A DNA stretch of 64,000 nucleotides, taken from Amoebophrya sp. A120 (Eukaryota; Protista; Dinoflagellata). The stretch is from positions 1,862,054 to 1,926,053 of the forward strand of contig CAJINV010000005.1 of the NCBI GenBank assembly GCA_905178155.1, given 5' to 3'. The position numbers and the translations under genes are program-made. Below are positions 23,001 through 34,799 of the stretch, piece by piece; position 1 is the stretch's first letter, and each line of letters begins with the position of its first letter. The notes under the pieces were generated by a model that saw only the letters and a program-made list of their open reading frames with translations, made no database searches and was not told the origin of the DNA.

Positions 23001-25749
23001 GTCATTGCGCATTTGCATGACAACTCTGGTGTGGGGACGTTTTTACTCAGGATACCTGCCCTGGCGGTTTCAGACCGGGCACATGCGTATCAAAAGTAAA
23101 AATGTCTGGGTCTGGAAGAATCTAAACTCGTGATGCTGTCTCGGGATTCGAAAAAGATTTGTATTGCGTGACCAGTAAGAGGAGTTCGCGGAGATGGCAT
23201 TTGTCATGCGGAATAGGCATGAGGAAGCGCTCTAAAAATCTGTTGTGCTACGGCATGCATCACAGACATCATGCGTCATGGAAAATATGCATGACAAATC
23301 TAGAAATCTTCCAGACCCAGACATTTTTACACTTGATAATGCGGCAGGTCGGGGAGGGCTGGATCGGCGGCAAGGCGCTGCGCTGGCTGCTGGCGACGGG
23401 CGCGCAGGTCGAGGTGCGCGTGAAGAAGAACAGCCACTCTGCCTTGCCGGAACAGGAGGACTTTTTGCTGCAGGCCGGCAAACCCTGCGACGACATGATC
23501 ATCGTGCTCACCGGGGTCGTGCGCATCGCGCACCACCACGTGTTTTCGCACGGCTCGGCGTTGCCTTTGTCGCAGTTCCAGCAGGACCTGGGCTCGAACG
23601 CGGTGCTGAACATCGAGGCGCTGGTCCCGCAGGGGGACAACGGCGCGGAGAAGAAACAGAGGATCACTCCGGCGTATTCCGCGTGGATTTCTTCGCACGA
23701 AGTCTGCCTCGTGAAGATCTCCCGGGCGAACTACGAGGAGGCGAAGGCGCTTGAGAAGGCCAAGTGCCTGCCCGACCTGGACACCGCGCACTCCCATAGC
23801 CTCGCGGTCACGGAAAAGGCCCGGAAGTTGCGGACCATGATGATGCTCGCACGGAAGCAGGTCGAGATGGAGCACGCGCGGGTGAAAGCGGTAGAACAAC
23901 ATCACCAGGGGGATCCGCATCAAGGTGGTGCAGCTGTGCTAGTTGGAAGCAGTGCAATCAACGTGAATAGAAGCCCTAGCACTTCTGGACGGGGCTCCAC
24001 CTTTGTGCATCTGTCCCCAGTCGTGCAGTTTGGAGGTGCACCAGCTGTTCCACCTGGCGCAGGTCCGTCGGTCACCTCCATCCAATCGGGTTCGGGGGGT
24101 AATGTGATTTTTGGAACGAATAAACCGCGAAAAAGCATGTTTCACAACGAGGACCAGCCAGCGTTTATTCAGTACCCCAAAAAGATATCAAATGTAAAAA
24201 TGTCTGGGTCTGGAAACTTGTGATGCTGGGTGGCGTCTCATTATGAGGCTACAAATGCTGGCTCAGCATGACAAATTTCTGAGCTTGTAGGTGTTGCCTC
24301 ACCATCTCATCCAGCAGGCACAGGGGCAGCGGCGCTTTTCCGAAAATTTCCTCGTATTTGGCGATGGACTTCAATCGATTTTCGCTCGCGGGCAACTCGT
24401 TCCAGCCGATCAGCTTTTGTTTGTTCTCCGTCGACATGCTATTCACGTAGTCAAACATCCAAAGCTCGTATTTGTTGTTCGTTTCCGCGTCCGCCTGTGC
24501 GAGTTCTGCGGTACCCGGCGGCTTGCACTTCTCGAACAGCGCGTCATTTCCGCCGATGGTTGTCGGTAAAGCATCCCGCAAATCTTGTTCCGACCGGCAG
24601 ATTTTCAGGTTTTCTGCGGAGTGGAAGATCTGGTCCCGCGAGTACCCCAGCCGCACGTGGTTCAAGCCCCAGGCGCGAAACTGGTCGAGGACATGGTCCA
24701 TGGAGTAGTACCGGAGAAACGCTTCCGTCCCCAATTTCCCGTGCGTATTCCAATTACTCCCCTTGAGGTAAATGATCTTGTCGTTGGCGTCTTTAATCAG
24801 CGGCCCGTCGACGTGAAGTGGGGGGCAGTGCTTCGCGGGATCGCAGTCTACTGGCGTCGTCAAACCACCGGGCGAGGTGGAACTTGAGGTCGTCGATGTG
24901 GTTGCCGGACTACTCGTTGTCACCGGCTTCGCAGTTGTGTTTGGCTGCGGCGGAAGTGGATGTGGCTGCTCCGTACTACTATACGGCTGCGGCGGCGGCG
25001 TCGTACTCGTACCTGGTTCGGGAGGAGGAGGCACAGCACCAGAATCATCATCTTGATCCCCATCATCTCCGCCTACTAACATACAAAAAATGAAAAGGAA
25101 AAGCACACAACCTACACCACCATTTCGCCATACCCTTAGCGACACACACGAGTCATACACACAGCAGCACCTGTTTATTCTAATTTACCACCTGGTCCTT
25201 GTATGTGTAAGTACTAGTGCCTTTCTGTGGGATATCTGCCGGTACGGGAACCTCCTTCTCCTCCTCGTCATAGCAGCATGGTTCTTCCCCTTGCCGTTCT
25301 TTCTGTCTCGATTCATTTTCCTTTTCCGCGACGGCAAGAAAGGCCTGGGAGGGTGATGAGGGATGAACCTCTCCCCCTCCGGATGGTCGAGGATCGAGCA
25401 TGATATCATGTGTACTAGCAGCACTAGGCGGGCTGGTCTCTTTAATGCCCTCTTCGTCGCCTGCTTCAGCAGCACCGGCTGGTCCTCGTGCGTCGTGATC
25501 ATCATTTTCAGTATCGATACTTCCGCTGTTTTCTTCACTTTTTTTTCTTCTCTTCGTGCGCTTATTCTCACCACGTAGTCGCCGATCGCCGTCGCCAGCG
25601 GCGGGTAAATCGCCGTTGACCACAGCAGTTACAGCCTTTGAAAGTTGAAGTAGTTCTTGCAGGCAAAGTGCCAAGTAGCAGCACGGAAGAGAAATCTTCA
25701 AGCAAGAACTAGATCTTGCAGCGGGCAATTTTCTTCTGCAGAAAATCAT
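20025..25749 (-). CDS. Secreted glycoside hydrolase family 5 (cellulase-like); has an in-frame TAG and a 2.5-kb insertion, so possibly a pseudogene
   Basis: GH5 motifs LKGSNW, GLNHVRLGY, VVLNEH...WCC, VIGYDLRNE, VYSVHVY, PVWIGEFG, YCYW. Signal-like N-terminus at 25180-25749, then a Pro/Thr linker. TAG at 21403-21405. Confidence 0.85.
20123..20400. mobile_element. Introner family A (degenerate)
   Basis: AAATATGTCTGTGTCTGGAAG / GACCCAGACATATTTGAATCGCATA; DR AGGTT/AGGCT. Confidence 0.72.
21822..22013. mobile_element. Family F introner lacking its left TIR (left edge of the 2.5-kb insertion)
   Basis: Right end GTTGAGAATGTAACATTTGAGAACGCCATA matches 14119-14148; the outer ~30 nt of the left end is missing. 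Confidence 0.8.
22014..24185 (+). CDS. Fragment of a CNNM/DUF21-type metal transporter gene (end of CBS pair plus cyclic-nucleotide-binding homology domain), nested antisense in the GH5 gene
   Basis: Begins GVFSKEDIFEEILGQEFDDES (cf. CNNM GIVTLEDVIEEIIxxEIxDE). Later LLQAGKPCDDMIIVLTGVVRI...PAYSAW...LVKISRANY. Three exons join in frame (NRL|PWRFQTGHM|RQVG). The DUF21 N-terminus is absent. Confidence 0.78.
22776..23054. mobile_element. Introner family H
   Basis: TATCCCAAGCAAAAACGTCTCCACC / GTGGGGACGTTTTTACTCAGGATA; DR CCTAC/CCTGC. Confidence 0.88.
23088..23338. mobile_element. Introner family A
   Basis: Family A TIRs; DR ATGCG. Confidence 0.92.
24186..24299. mobile_element. Left half of a family A introner (right edge of the 2.5-kb insertion)
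   Basis: Collinear with 57433-57544, then switches to GH5 exon sequence at a CCT microhomology. Confidence 0.82.
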
Positions 25750-26763
25750 ATTTTCTGCAGTCCCAAGTCGAGCAGCAGGCGCAGGACGAATGCGAGTCGG
25801 TGTCGTGGGCTTCGTTTTTACATCGTAGCGGACAACGAGCTGCTACACATTTTTAGTAAAGCATGACACATTTTGCACTTGCAATTTAGAGTTATTCTTA
25901 TCTCCTCGTTTTATGTGTGCTCAACGCATACACGTCTTACTTTGTTCACTCAAGATGATCCTAGTCTTGCCTCGCGAGTTTGAATCTCGATGAAAATTCC
26001 ACGAAGTAGACAGGAATCATAAGACCAAACACTCGATATTCGATGCTTTATTTTTCCATTTGCCTTTTACCCATACCCCGCTCCGAGAAGTACTAAACAT
26101 CAGCGATTAGCGATAGGCCCACGCCCAGCCAGATTGATAAGTACCCCCAAGCCAGACCCCTCGAAGTGAACGTGAACCCTTTCTTCCTTGGGGAGGTGTA
26201 TTAACCGCGCAGCATTTCAAGAGGATCGGGCCAAAGAGGCAGTGACCCTGCAACAATCGATTGCGTCTGCACGACTGTTGCTTTGCTTTTTTTTTTCTGA
26301 TAATTGATCTTCTGAAACGTTTGCGCTGCCGGTTTTTCTCGAGCAAGCTCTTTGATTTTAGTTTCTGGTAGTACAACCGTTCGCCCGATCGCGGCAAGAA
26401 ATCTCCGCAAGAACCGGCATGTTCACAAAATATACTTTTTTTATGAAACTTTTCCGGTATGGAAAGTTCTGGTCTCAAAGTTCGAAAATCAGAAACAGAA
26501 GGTCAACAAAGAGCTGCGCTGCTTGTTGTGGTTGCAGCAACTATTAATCTGCAATGCACAGCACTAGCAGCTCTAAGAACTTTTGAATCTATTGTCAATA
26601 ATTTTTTTCCTCTTACGTCGTTATTTCTTTGCGTCAAGTTCAAGCTTTTGATCATCAAAAAACAAGTTCAACTGACTTTATTCAGTGGAAACAAAAACAA
26701 ACGGAAACGCTTTATCATGTTCATGTATACATGATATAAAGCTCTGTCAACCAAGGCAGTCTT

Positions 26764-29700
26764 CTACTCCTCATCCTCATCGCCCCCGGTGTTATCTTCC
26801 GCGTCCGCCTCGTCCGCTGCTGGGCCGGGGTCCTCTTCTTGCATTTCCACGTCGTTGTCGTCCGCCGCGGGCTCGTCCTTGGTTTCTGGACCTGCTGCTC
26901 CCGCTGCGTTCTCATTTCCGAGGTCCGGCACGTCGTTATCCAAGCTCAGCCCCACCGACTCCAAAACGGCCTTTTTTTGGGGGCCACATATTTGGGCACT
27001 TTTTTTGGATTGCATTTTGGCGCTTCGTTGCGGGCGCCAAAAGAAAGGGCATGGCTCGGCGCTTCAGGCCCCTTTGGGGCGCCACTTTCATCTTTTCAGC
27101 CTGCCAAGTAAGGCGCCGCGGCATCATGCATGAGGGAGAGCGCTCACACGCATAGGCGGCTGCGACGCGGGCGAACCTAAGGAGACAAGACGGCTACTGC
27201 GCTGCCCCTGAATGACAACCCAGCCGCGCGGCCGACCTGCTGATGCGTCGGCCACGAGACTTATGGGGCCCCTTCCATTTTCTTGAAAATGTCGAAAGTG
27301 GAAAAAGATACACAGCCTCGCGGACATCCGCAGGCATGAGGGTGCGCGCCAGAGTAGGCCCACGACGGCCCCGCTTGAAAAAGTAGCCCACTCGGGAGAC
27401 AGAGCAATAGCAGGCGAGTCTTGTTGCACTTTGGGCCGACAGTGCGGCTACTCCTGACAAAAAGGCCGACCGACTGACGGCGCCGTGGTTGGCGCGCTCC
27501 CAAAAGGCGCCGCGGCTAGCTTACAAAAGCGCTCACAACGTCCTTCCCACTCCGGGCTCGAAAACCGGCCTCGGGGTGGGGGGGGTGAATGAAAAAAAGA
27601 CGCGTGGGCAGCCCCTTTTAGTGAATATGCGTGGGGGTGTGGCAAATATGTGGGGCCCTACCACCCCAAATATTCGGAATCAGGGCGGCATACTGAATAT
27701 TTGGGGAGGGGGAGGCCCGCATATTCACTAAAAGGAGAGCACCGGCGGCGCCAGCAGCCGATGAGCGACACGAAGCCAGCCTGTGGACGGACCTCACGAA
27801 GCCCGGCTGCTTTCCAAAGCGCCAGTGCCGCAGGCATGCTACGCACGGCGAGCTGCGTGGCGGATCAAAAACCACTAGCAGGGCGGGGACTGTAGACGCA
27901 CGGGCAACACAGGTGGCCTAGCGGCTGCCCTCCTTTTTGCCCCCGGCCAAGCCGACACACGCACGGAGCCCTTCTGGTTTTCGTGCGGGCGTCCCAAGCC
28001 GTAGCCGCCACGCCGGAATTGCCCCAAGGGCTAGAGCCGCCCGAAGGGCACTCGGCTGCGGTTGAAGGTCACCTCGGGGAAGTTGCCGAAAGTTCCGCAG
28101 CGCCACGTTGGGCGCTCAATGCCTTGCGCGTGCATGGAGAGCAAACACAAATCGAAAAGGTCGACACCGCAGGAGGCCGCTGCCGGCGCCAATATTCGTA
28201 GCGAGTCTGCTTAACAAACTCACTTACTTACTACATTAGTGGCGCCCGGCATCGCCCGAAACATCCAGCGCCAGAAGTGCTGTGGGTGCATTTCCCATTC
28301 AGACACATGCCCTCACCAACGAAAAGCGGCAACATGTTGTGCGCGTTTTTACCTTGCGCAAATTCGCGAAACCTAAAATCCCCCCGAATATGTGGGCACT
28401 AAATAAAAGCCGTTCTCACTGCCACGGTGCTAGTTTGTCCCCCCATAGTCGTTATCCAAGCCCAGCCCCACCGACTCCAGAACCGTGACTCGCTGCCGCA
28501 GCGCCTGCGTATCCGCCAGTACCCCCTGCAAGAACCGATTTGTCATCCCATCGGCCAGCAAGTCCTGCTCCCGTTTCAAGAATTGCACGGCTTCCTGCTT
28601 CGCCACCATTTTCTCGAGGCTTTGCTTCGTGTCGAGGGACAAACTCTCCACAACTGCCGCGACGTTTGCCGGGATCTTGTTGACCTTGGTGAAGAGTTTT
28701 TCGGCTTTGTCGGTGGGGATAATGCTCGCTTTGACTTCCTCGAAGGTCTGCTCGGTGGCTTGGCGATCGTTGTCCTGTGCCTGCTTCAGCTCCTCCTCGT
28801 AATCCTTCATTTTGTCGATCTCCTTTTCCACCTCGAGCAAATCGTCGTCGATCTTCTGCTTTACTTGCTCAAATTCGACCAGCCAGTCCTTGAACGCGCC
28901 TTGGGTTTGGTACACGTCGGACAGGGAGGCGATCTGGGATTTTTATTTTTTCAACTTTATTCGCGTTTTTTCTTTTTTCCCGTACATAGTCGCAAGTAGT
29001 TACCTCCGTCGTGGGACCCGGTTTTATTTTCCATAAAACTCCACCCTAACTCAGAAGCGATGCCGTGCTGATACTAGTGTCATCAAACTACTACTTAACC
29101 TGCATGTTAAAAATCACAAAGGATAATTTTGAAAGAGCAAAACATTTCGTACCGCCGCCTCCAGGCTTGCGGTTCGCTCCACCTGCTCTGCAAGCATCTT
29201 CTCGTCGAAGTTCTTGCTCAGATTGTCATCCGTGGTCTTGATTCTCCGGCTCAAATCCGAATTGACGCGGAGGGTTTCGTATGCACTGCAAAAATGTCTG
29301 GGTCTGGAAGGTTGGAACTTGTAATGCTGGCTCTACATGTACATTCCTGGGAAATCTGTATTGCATAAACAACAGGAGTCGCAGCCTCTTTTGTCATGCA
29401 AAAACGCAGTTTGTCACGCGGATTGCCTATGAGAAAGCGTTTTGGGAAGTTGTCATACTGGGCTGCATTCGCGAGTGTTTTCATCATGGACATTTTAGCA
29501 ACACAAGTTTCCAGAGCCAGACATTTTTGCAGTTGATATTTCGTTCTGTAGTTTCTGGTTCTCCAGACCCTGCTCTTCGCGGAAATCGTCAAGCTCGCGG
29601 GTGAGAGAACCTGTTTTTCTTTTTTCTCATGCGGTGCCCCCTCGCAAAAATACGAGAAATATTTTCTCACGCAGGATGATCATGTGCTCCTTGTTAAGGA

Positions 29701-32700
29701 GTAAAAAAGCTCCAACACTATCTGTTCATCTCCCTAAGCCCTCGCACGACATCTTCACAAGCCGCGGGCGCGGCCGAACTCGAACAACATACTCTGCATA
29801 AAAATACAGATGCAGAAGTCACGTCAAAGATCAAAAAAATACGTCTGTTCTCCTCCAGCGTCCGTCTCGTGTTCCCGTGCTCTCTCACATCGGATTCTTC
29901 CAAAATGGCTCTTGTTTCCCCGACCATCTTTATCCGTTCCATCTTCTCCTGGTCCAGCCCCCGCTGCATCCGCTCCTTCGTGTTCTGGTTGTCCTTCTTC
30001 ATCAGCTCGAAGTCGCGAGACTGCTCCAGAAAGTGCATGTTCAGGAAATTTGTCATCGACTTCTCGTAGGTATACTTCACCGCAAAATTTTTGGCCTCCA
30101 CCTGTTTCTTCCACTGTGTCAAATCAGCTTGGTCTTTTAACCGAATTTCCTCCTGCCGGATCTTTTCCTGATCAAAGTCCCACCGGAAGTCGCGGATCTG
30201 GTCCTGCAGATAGTCACACTTCTTGGTCAACAACTGCTCGTTTTCCTTGATGAAGACCTGGAATCTTTTATCCGTCGTGTCGCAGTACTGCTGCATCCGC
30301 TGGTTCAGCTCTTCGTGCCTCCGTTGGTTCAGCGACTCATGCGCCTCGAACCGTTTCTGCATGGCGTGTATCCGCTCGCCCTCCTGCTGGATCCGCTCGG
30401 CCCGTTCGTTCTCGATAGCGGTTTGGAGCTTTTCGGACAAGGACTCCGTCAGGGTGGTGAGTTCGCGTTTGAACTTCTCCTCCCAATAATTCCGGGCATT
30501 GGTCAGGTTCGCTTGCACGGAGTTCTCGTGGTCTTTTATCTTGTTCTGCATTTCCTCGGACAGCTTCTCCAGGTACTTCACCTCGGTGTCCAGCTTTTTC
30601 CACACGTCAGAAATGTCGCGCGCGATCTGCATGGACTGTTCGTTCAATCTCGACTCGGTTCTGATCTCGAACTTCTTCACCTGGCCGTCGAGGTCCTGCC
30701 GGGTCTTTTGCAGCGTCTCCACCGTTTGCTTTTCAAACCTGATAAAGAATTTTTTTTCCGTGATGTTGTGTGAAAGGATGAAAAACTGTTGATGTCCTTA
30801 TTGGTGACGCAGATGATGTTAATTCTGGCAAAAGTGGTTCTGCTCTTGTCACATATGAACGAAAGTGGATTTCCCTGCCGTGTTTTTTCTTGTAAGAAGT
30901 GCGCAGTATAGCAGATTATTTTTTTCTTTATTTCCATTGTTTTGTACGAACAACCCTGTCGTGGTGCAAGAGTAGTAAGTAAGTACTATACCTCAAAACG
31001 TGTTTCTTTTGTCCCTCGAGCGCGTCGTAGCACTTCCGATCGACGCCCACGATCCGGTCAATCAAATTGGACTCCACCGAGTCCATCTTCGTGTGCGTTT
31101 GCATCCTGAACTCAATGTTGTTCGTTTCCATCGCCTTGATCTCCCCGACCACGTACTCCTTCTCCTCCTCTAACTTCTGCGACAAGACAGACCGGTGCGA
31201 AAACTCTGCCTGTTGCAGCAATCTGGTCACCGTCGCGGTCAGTTCCTGGACGGAGTGCTGCATTTTCGCCTCCATATTTTGCAGATCCGTCGTGTTCGTC
31301 CTGCGGTTTTCCTTGTTCAGCTTGTCCACCGCATCGGTGTGCAGTCTCGTCTGTTCCACCTGGGCCTCAAACTTTTCGAAATTCTCCATGGCTAGATGCC
31401 GAATGGAATCACAGCCCTTCGAAACTTCGTCCTGATAGAATGTTGATTTTTTGCATATTATTCACTTTTTAGAAACAGATTTCAGTGCCGTTCTTCTGCT
31501 TGGAGGTGTTTCTGAATGCCGACCCAAAATTCTATTTATCAGGCACCATACGTCGAGGATCATTCCTTGCGCAACACAAACTGACAAAACTTTTTTTCCT
31601 TTTACACAACAACCAACTTCGTTAAAAAATGTCTCTAGTAGTACCTGTATCTTTTTGGAGCAGAAGGACTCGAGTCCCTCTTGCGTTTTCGCCAACCCGG
31701 CAATTTTTGTTTTCACGTGCCCGACAATGGTGGACAGCCCGGTGAACTCCCGATTCCAGCGCTTCTGCTCCTCCTCATTCTGCACGTCTTTCGTCTCTTG
31801 CTTCTGGTCCTGTTGCAACACCACAAGTTCCGCCTTCGCCAGCCTCTGGTCGAAGGCGTCGTTCACCGACTTTTGGTCCTTGAAATGAGAATTCGTCAGG
31901 TATCAAAATGAAAAATGTCCCCGCCCCAGAATATGAAATATGTGTTGCAAAAGTTCCCAATGGAAGCTTTTGCCACCTTGCTTGTATCAGCACCACAAGT
32001 TTGCGACTGAGAATAGCAAAAGTTTGTCTTGCAAACAGGCCCAGTGCAAGGCTGGCTTTTCATGTAGAAACTACTTCGCGCGCCTACAATCTGCATGACA
32101 GACAGTCTTCATCCAAGCGCGCAAGACAAAAAGTTTTCAATTGGAATTTTTGCAACACAAATATTTGAATCTGCTGGGGCGGCGGCTACTTTTTTCAATT
32201 TGATATCAGGTCCGACTGGTTCACCAGCTTCCGGTCAATCTCCGCGAGCAAGACGCCGGATTTGTTCTCGATGATTTGCTGCAGATTCGACACCGCCTCC
32301 TTCCACTCCTTCCCCATGTCGATGTAGCACTGCCACAAATCCTTCGAGTTCCGCGTTTGGTGTTCGGTATGCATTGCAAAAGTATCGTACCCCTAATATG
32401 TAATTGCAATTATGCATGACAAATCTTGTTCTTAGGGGAAAACAGCATGACAAGTTTCAGCTTCCATGCTGAGCAAATTTGTAATGCAATTCATACTAGA
32501 GTACGATACTTTATTTGCAATGCATATTCGGTTGCCAACGACAAATTCTGCAACAGTTTGTCCTCCAAACTCGCGTTCACCTGCACGATCTCCTTATCCT
32601 TCTGCCGTTGCTGCGTGGTCAAAACGTCCAACTTATGAATTGCAAATATAATGTCTGGGAGGTCTGCAAACCTGTGATGCAGGTCAGGGAATAATGTATG

Positions 32701-34799
32701 AGCACACTGTGACGCGCTGCCAAGCACGACAGCTTTTTGCGTGGTTCTGAGTAGCGTATTCCGCATCAGAAACTGCGTGTTTGCAGGACCACGCAATACA
32801 GAGCGCAGGGTCAACATGCCAGAATAGCATGCCAAATCTCGCAATCTTCCAGACTCAGACCTCACATTTGCATTTGATACAACTCCAGTTTCAGCTGCGC
32901 AAACGCGTGGTTCACCGACCCCTCGGAGAGCTTCAGGATCCGCGCGTCGTGCTCCTCCTGCAGTTTCACCTTCTGGTCCTTCAAGTACTCGTGCTCCTGT
33001 TTCTGCATAAAATGCTGCAGGTCCGCGTGTAGCGCTTTCACGTTCGTGGTCATCTCCTCCTGGAGCAGCTGTCTCGCTTCCTGCTCCAAGGCGAGTTGTT
33101 TTTTCACATGCTCCAGCGCGACGTTGTAGTTCAGCATGTTCCCAGCGGTCGCCGCTCGGACCAGCTTCGCGGACAGTAATTGCCCGTTGTTATTCATCCT
33201 GGTCGTCGTTGTACTGCGGGCGGAGTACGGTGGGGATTGCGACAGACCACGACCACCTTGGTTATTACTTCCAAACGGCTGCTTGGAGGGGGAACTGGGA
33301 GATGTCCCGACAAAAACGCCGTTCTGGAGGGTTGGCTGCTGGTCGAGAACGGCCTGGTGCACGACCCCGCCGGGGAGTAAGTCCGCCGGGAAGAAATCCC
33401 CGCCCGGGTTGGTGACGGACTTTGTGCCAAGATCCCCGTTCATCATCTTCTCCATCATCATGGACAGCTGCCCCAGCTGGGCATCCATCGCGGAAACTTT
33501 CAGCTCCATGTTGTTTACCAGCTTCTTCTCGGATTCGCCCTGAGAAATGGTTTGTCATGCTCAGGAGCTACTTCTAGTAGGTACTACGCATGGTGATGGG
33601 CCACTGAAGTTCATTCTTGTCATGCGCAGCGGCATCACTAAAGAAACATTTTGTTCTTGTAATACATAGTGCATTTATTGTACTATACCTTCTGCAAAAT
33701 GTATTCCAGGCCGCTGTTTTTGAGATTTAGCATCTGACTTTGGTTCACCTCCTGCTCTGACCGCAGGTGTTCCTTGAACCTCCGGTCCCAGATCTCGAAT
33801 TTTTCCCATTTCGATTTCTATCATTTGTAAAAACGTCCCCACCCCATAGCTATCATGCAAATCTGCATGCTGAAAATGTTTCTCATGCGGAGCCCCACGA
33901 GAAGCATTGTCTAGTCGTGTTTTGGAATTTGTCATGCTCTAATCAGCATTACGCACTAGATCTATCATGCTGCTGAACTACCTCAAACAGTACTTCACTA
34001 CGAGTTCAAATTTGTCATGGAAAACAGCCAAAACTTGTGGATTTGTCTAGCCGATTCCCCATCTTGACTCTGGGGTGGGCACGTTTTTACTCAGAATAAT
34101 TCCAGTCTCTTGTTCACCTCCTCCTCCACCGACTGGAACCGTTTCTCCAAGTGGGATTGCAGGTCCAATAACTGCTATCCAGGAAAAAAACTGTGTAAGT
34201 GTAACTTTGTAGGAAGCGCAGCATCACAAATTCGCTTTGCATTACAGGGAAAACCTGTCATGCGCAGCTAGCAAGTGGAAACACGTATGATAGTAGCATA
34301 TCACGCACTTCCAGCATGACAACTCTAACTGTTTTGCATTTTCTGCATCACAGATTTACACTTACACAGTTCTTTTCTTGCATAACTGCTCCTCCAAGTC
34401 CAAAACGCGGGACTGCAGCGACAGCTCCACCACCGGTGCGGCAACGGATATGAAGTGTAAAAATGTCTGGGTCTGGAAGAATGCAACTTGTGATGCTGTA
34501 TTTAGATTCCAAAAAAATCTGTATTGCATGAGTAGCAAATAACGGAATGCAATTTTTGCTACGCTAAGAAGGCATTTGTCATGCGGAATAGGCATCAAGA
34601 AGCCATCAAAAAATCTGTATTGCTAGGGTATGCATCACAGACATCATGGCTCATGCAAAACGTGCATGACAAGTGTCAGAAGCTTCCAGAGCCAGACTAC
34701 ATTTTTACATTTGATAACGGAATTAGGCTGCTGATCGGACCCCCCGGATGCGTCCGGGAGAATCCGCTTCGCGTTCCGCCCACGAAAAAAGTCCACCAT
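26764..34799 (-). CDS. Large multi-exon coiled-coil protein
   Basis: E/K/Q/L-rich heptad ORF pieces (32862-33509, 31462-31866, 30928-31389, 29718-30722, 28430-28915, 26764-26967), linked by introners and GT-AG introns. Acidic C-terminus; putative start MVDFFRG. Confidence 0.75.
26968..28447. mobile_element. Long (1.48 kb) GC-rich TIR element with truncated left terminus
   Basis: Imperfect inverted repeat AACGGCCTTTTTTTGGGGGCCACATATTTGGG / CCCGAATATGTGGGCACTAAATAAAAGCCGTT; right end CCCATA; internal AATAT-core repeats; 36-bp exon duplication. Confidence 0.75.
29280..29538. mobile_element. Introner family A
   Basis: Family A TIRs; DR TTTCG. Confidence 0.9.
31901..32205. mobile_element. Introner family I
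   Basis: TATCAAAATGAAAAATGTCCCCGCCCCAG / CTGGGGCGGCGGCTACTTTTTTCAATTTGATA; DR TCAGG. Confidence 0.85.
32368..32526. mobile_element. Introner family B
   Basis: TATGCATTGCAAAAGTATCGTAC / GTACGATACTTTATTTGCAATGCATA; DR TTCGG. Confidence 0.9.
32634..32879. mobile_element. Introner family A (diverged)
   Basis: Degenerate A-type TIRs; DR CAACT. Confidence 0.82.
33819..34098. mobile_element. Introner family H
   Basis: GTAAAAACGTCCCCACCCCA TIR; DR ATTTC/ATTCC. Confidence 0.87.
34176..34384. mobile_element. Introner family D
   Basis: TATCCAGGAAAAAAACTGTGTAAGTGTAA TIR; DR ACTGC. Confidence 0.9.
34449..34716. mobile_element. Introner family A
   Basis: Family A TIRs; DR ACGGA. Confidence 0.9.

Noticed and set aside
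7809-28447. Autonomous transposase gene in the long TIR elements
   Set aside because: No long ORF or recognisable DDE/recombinase motif is present in any of them.
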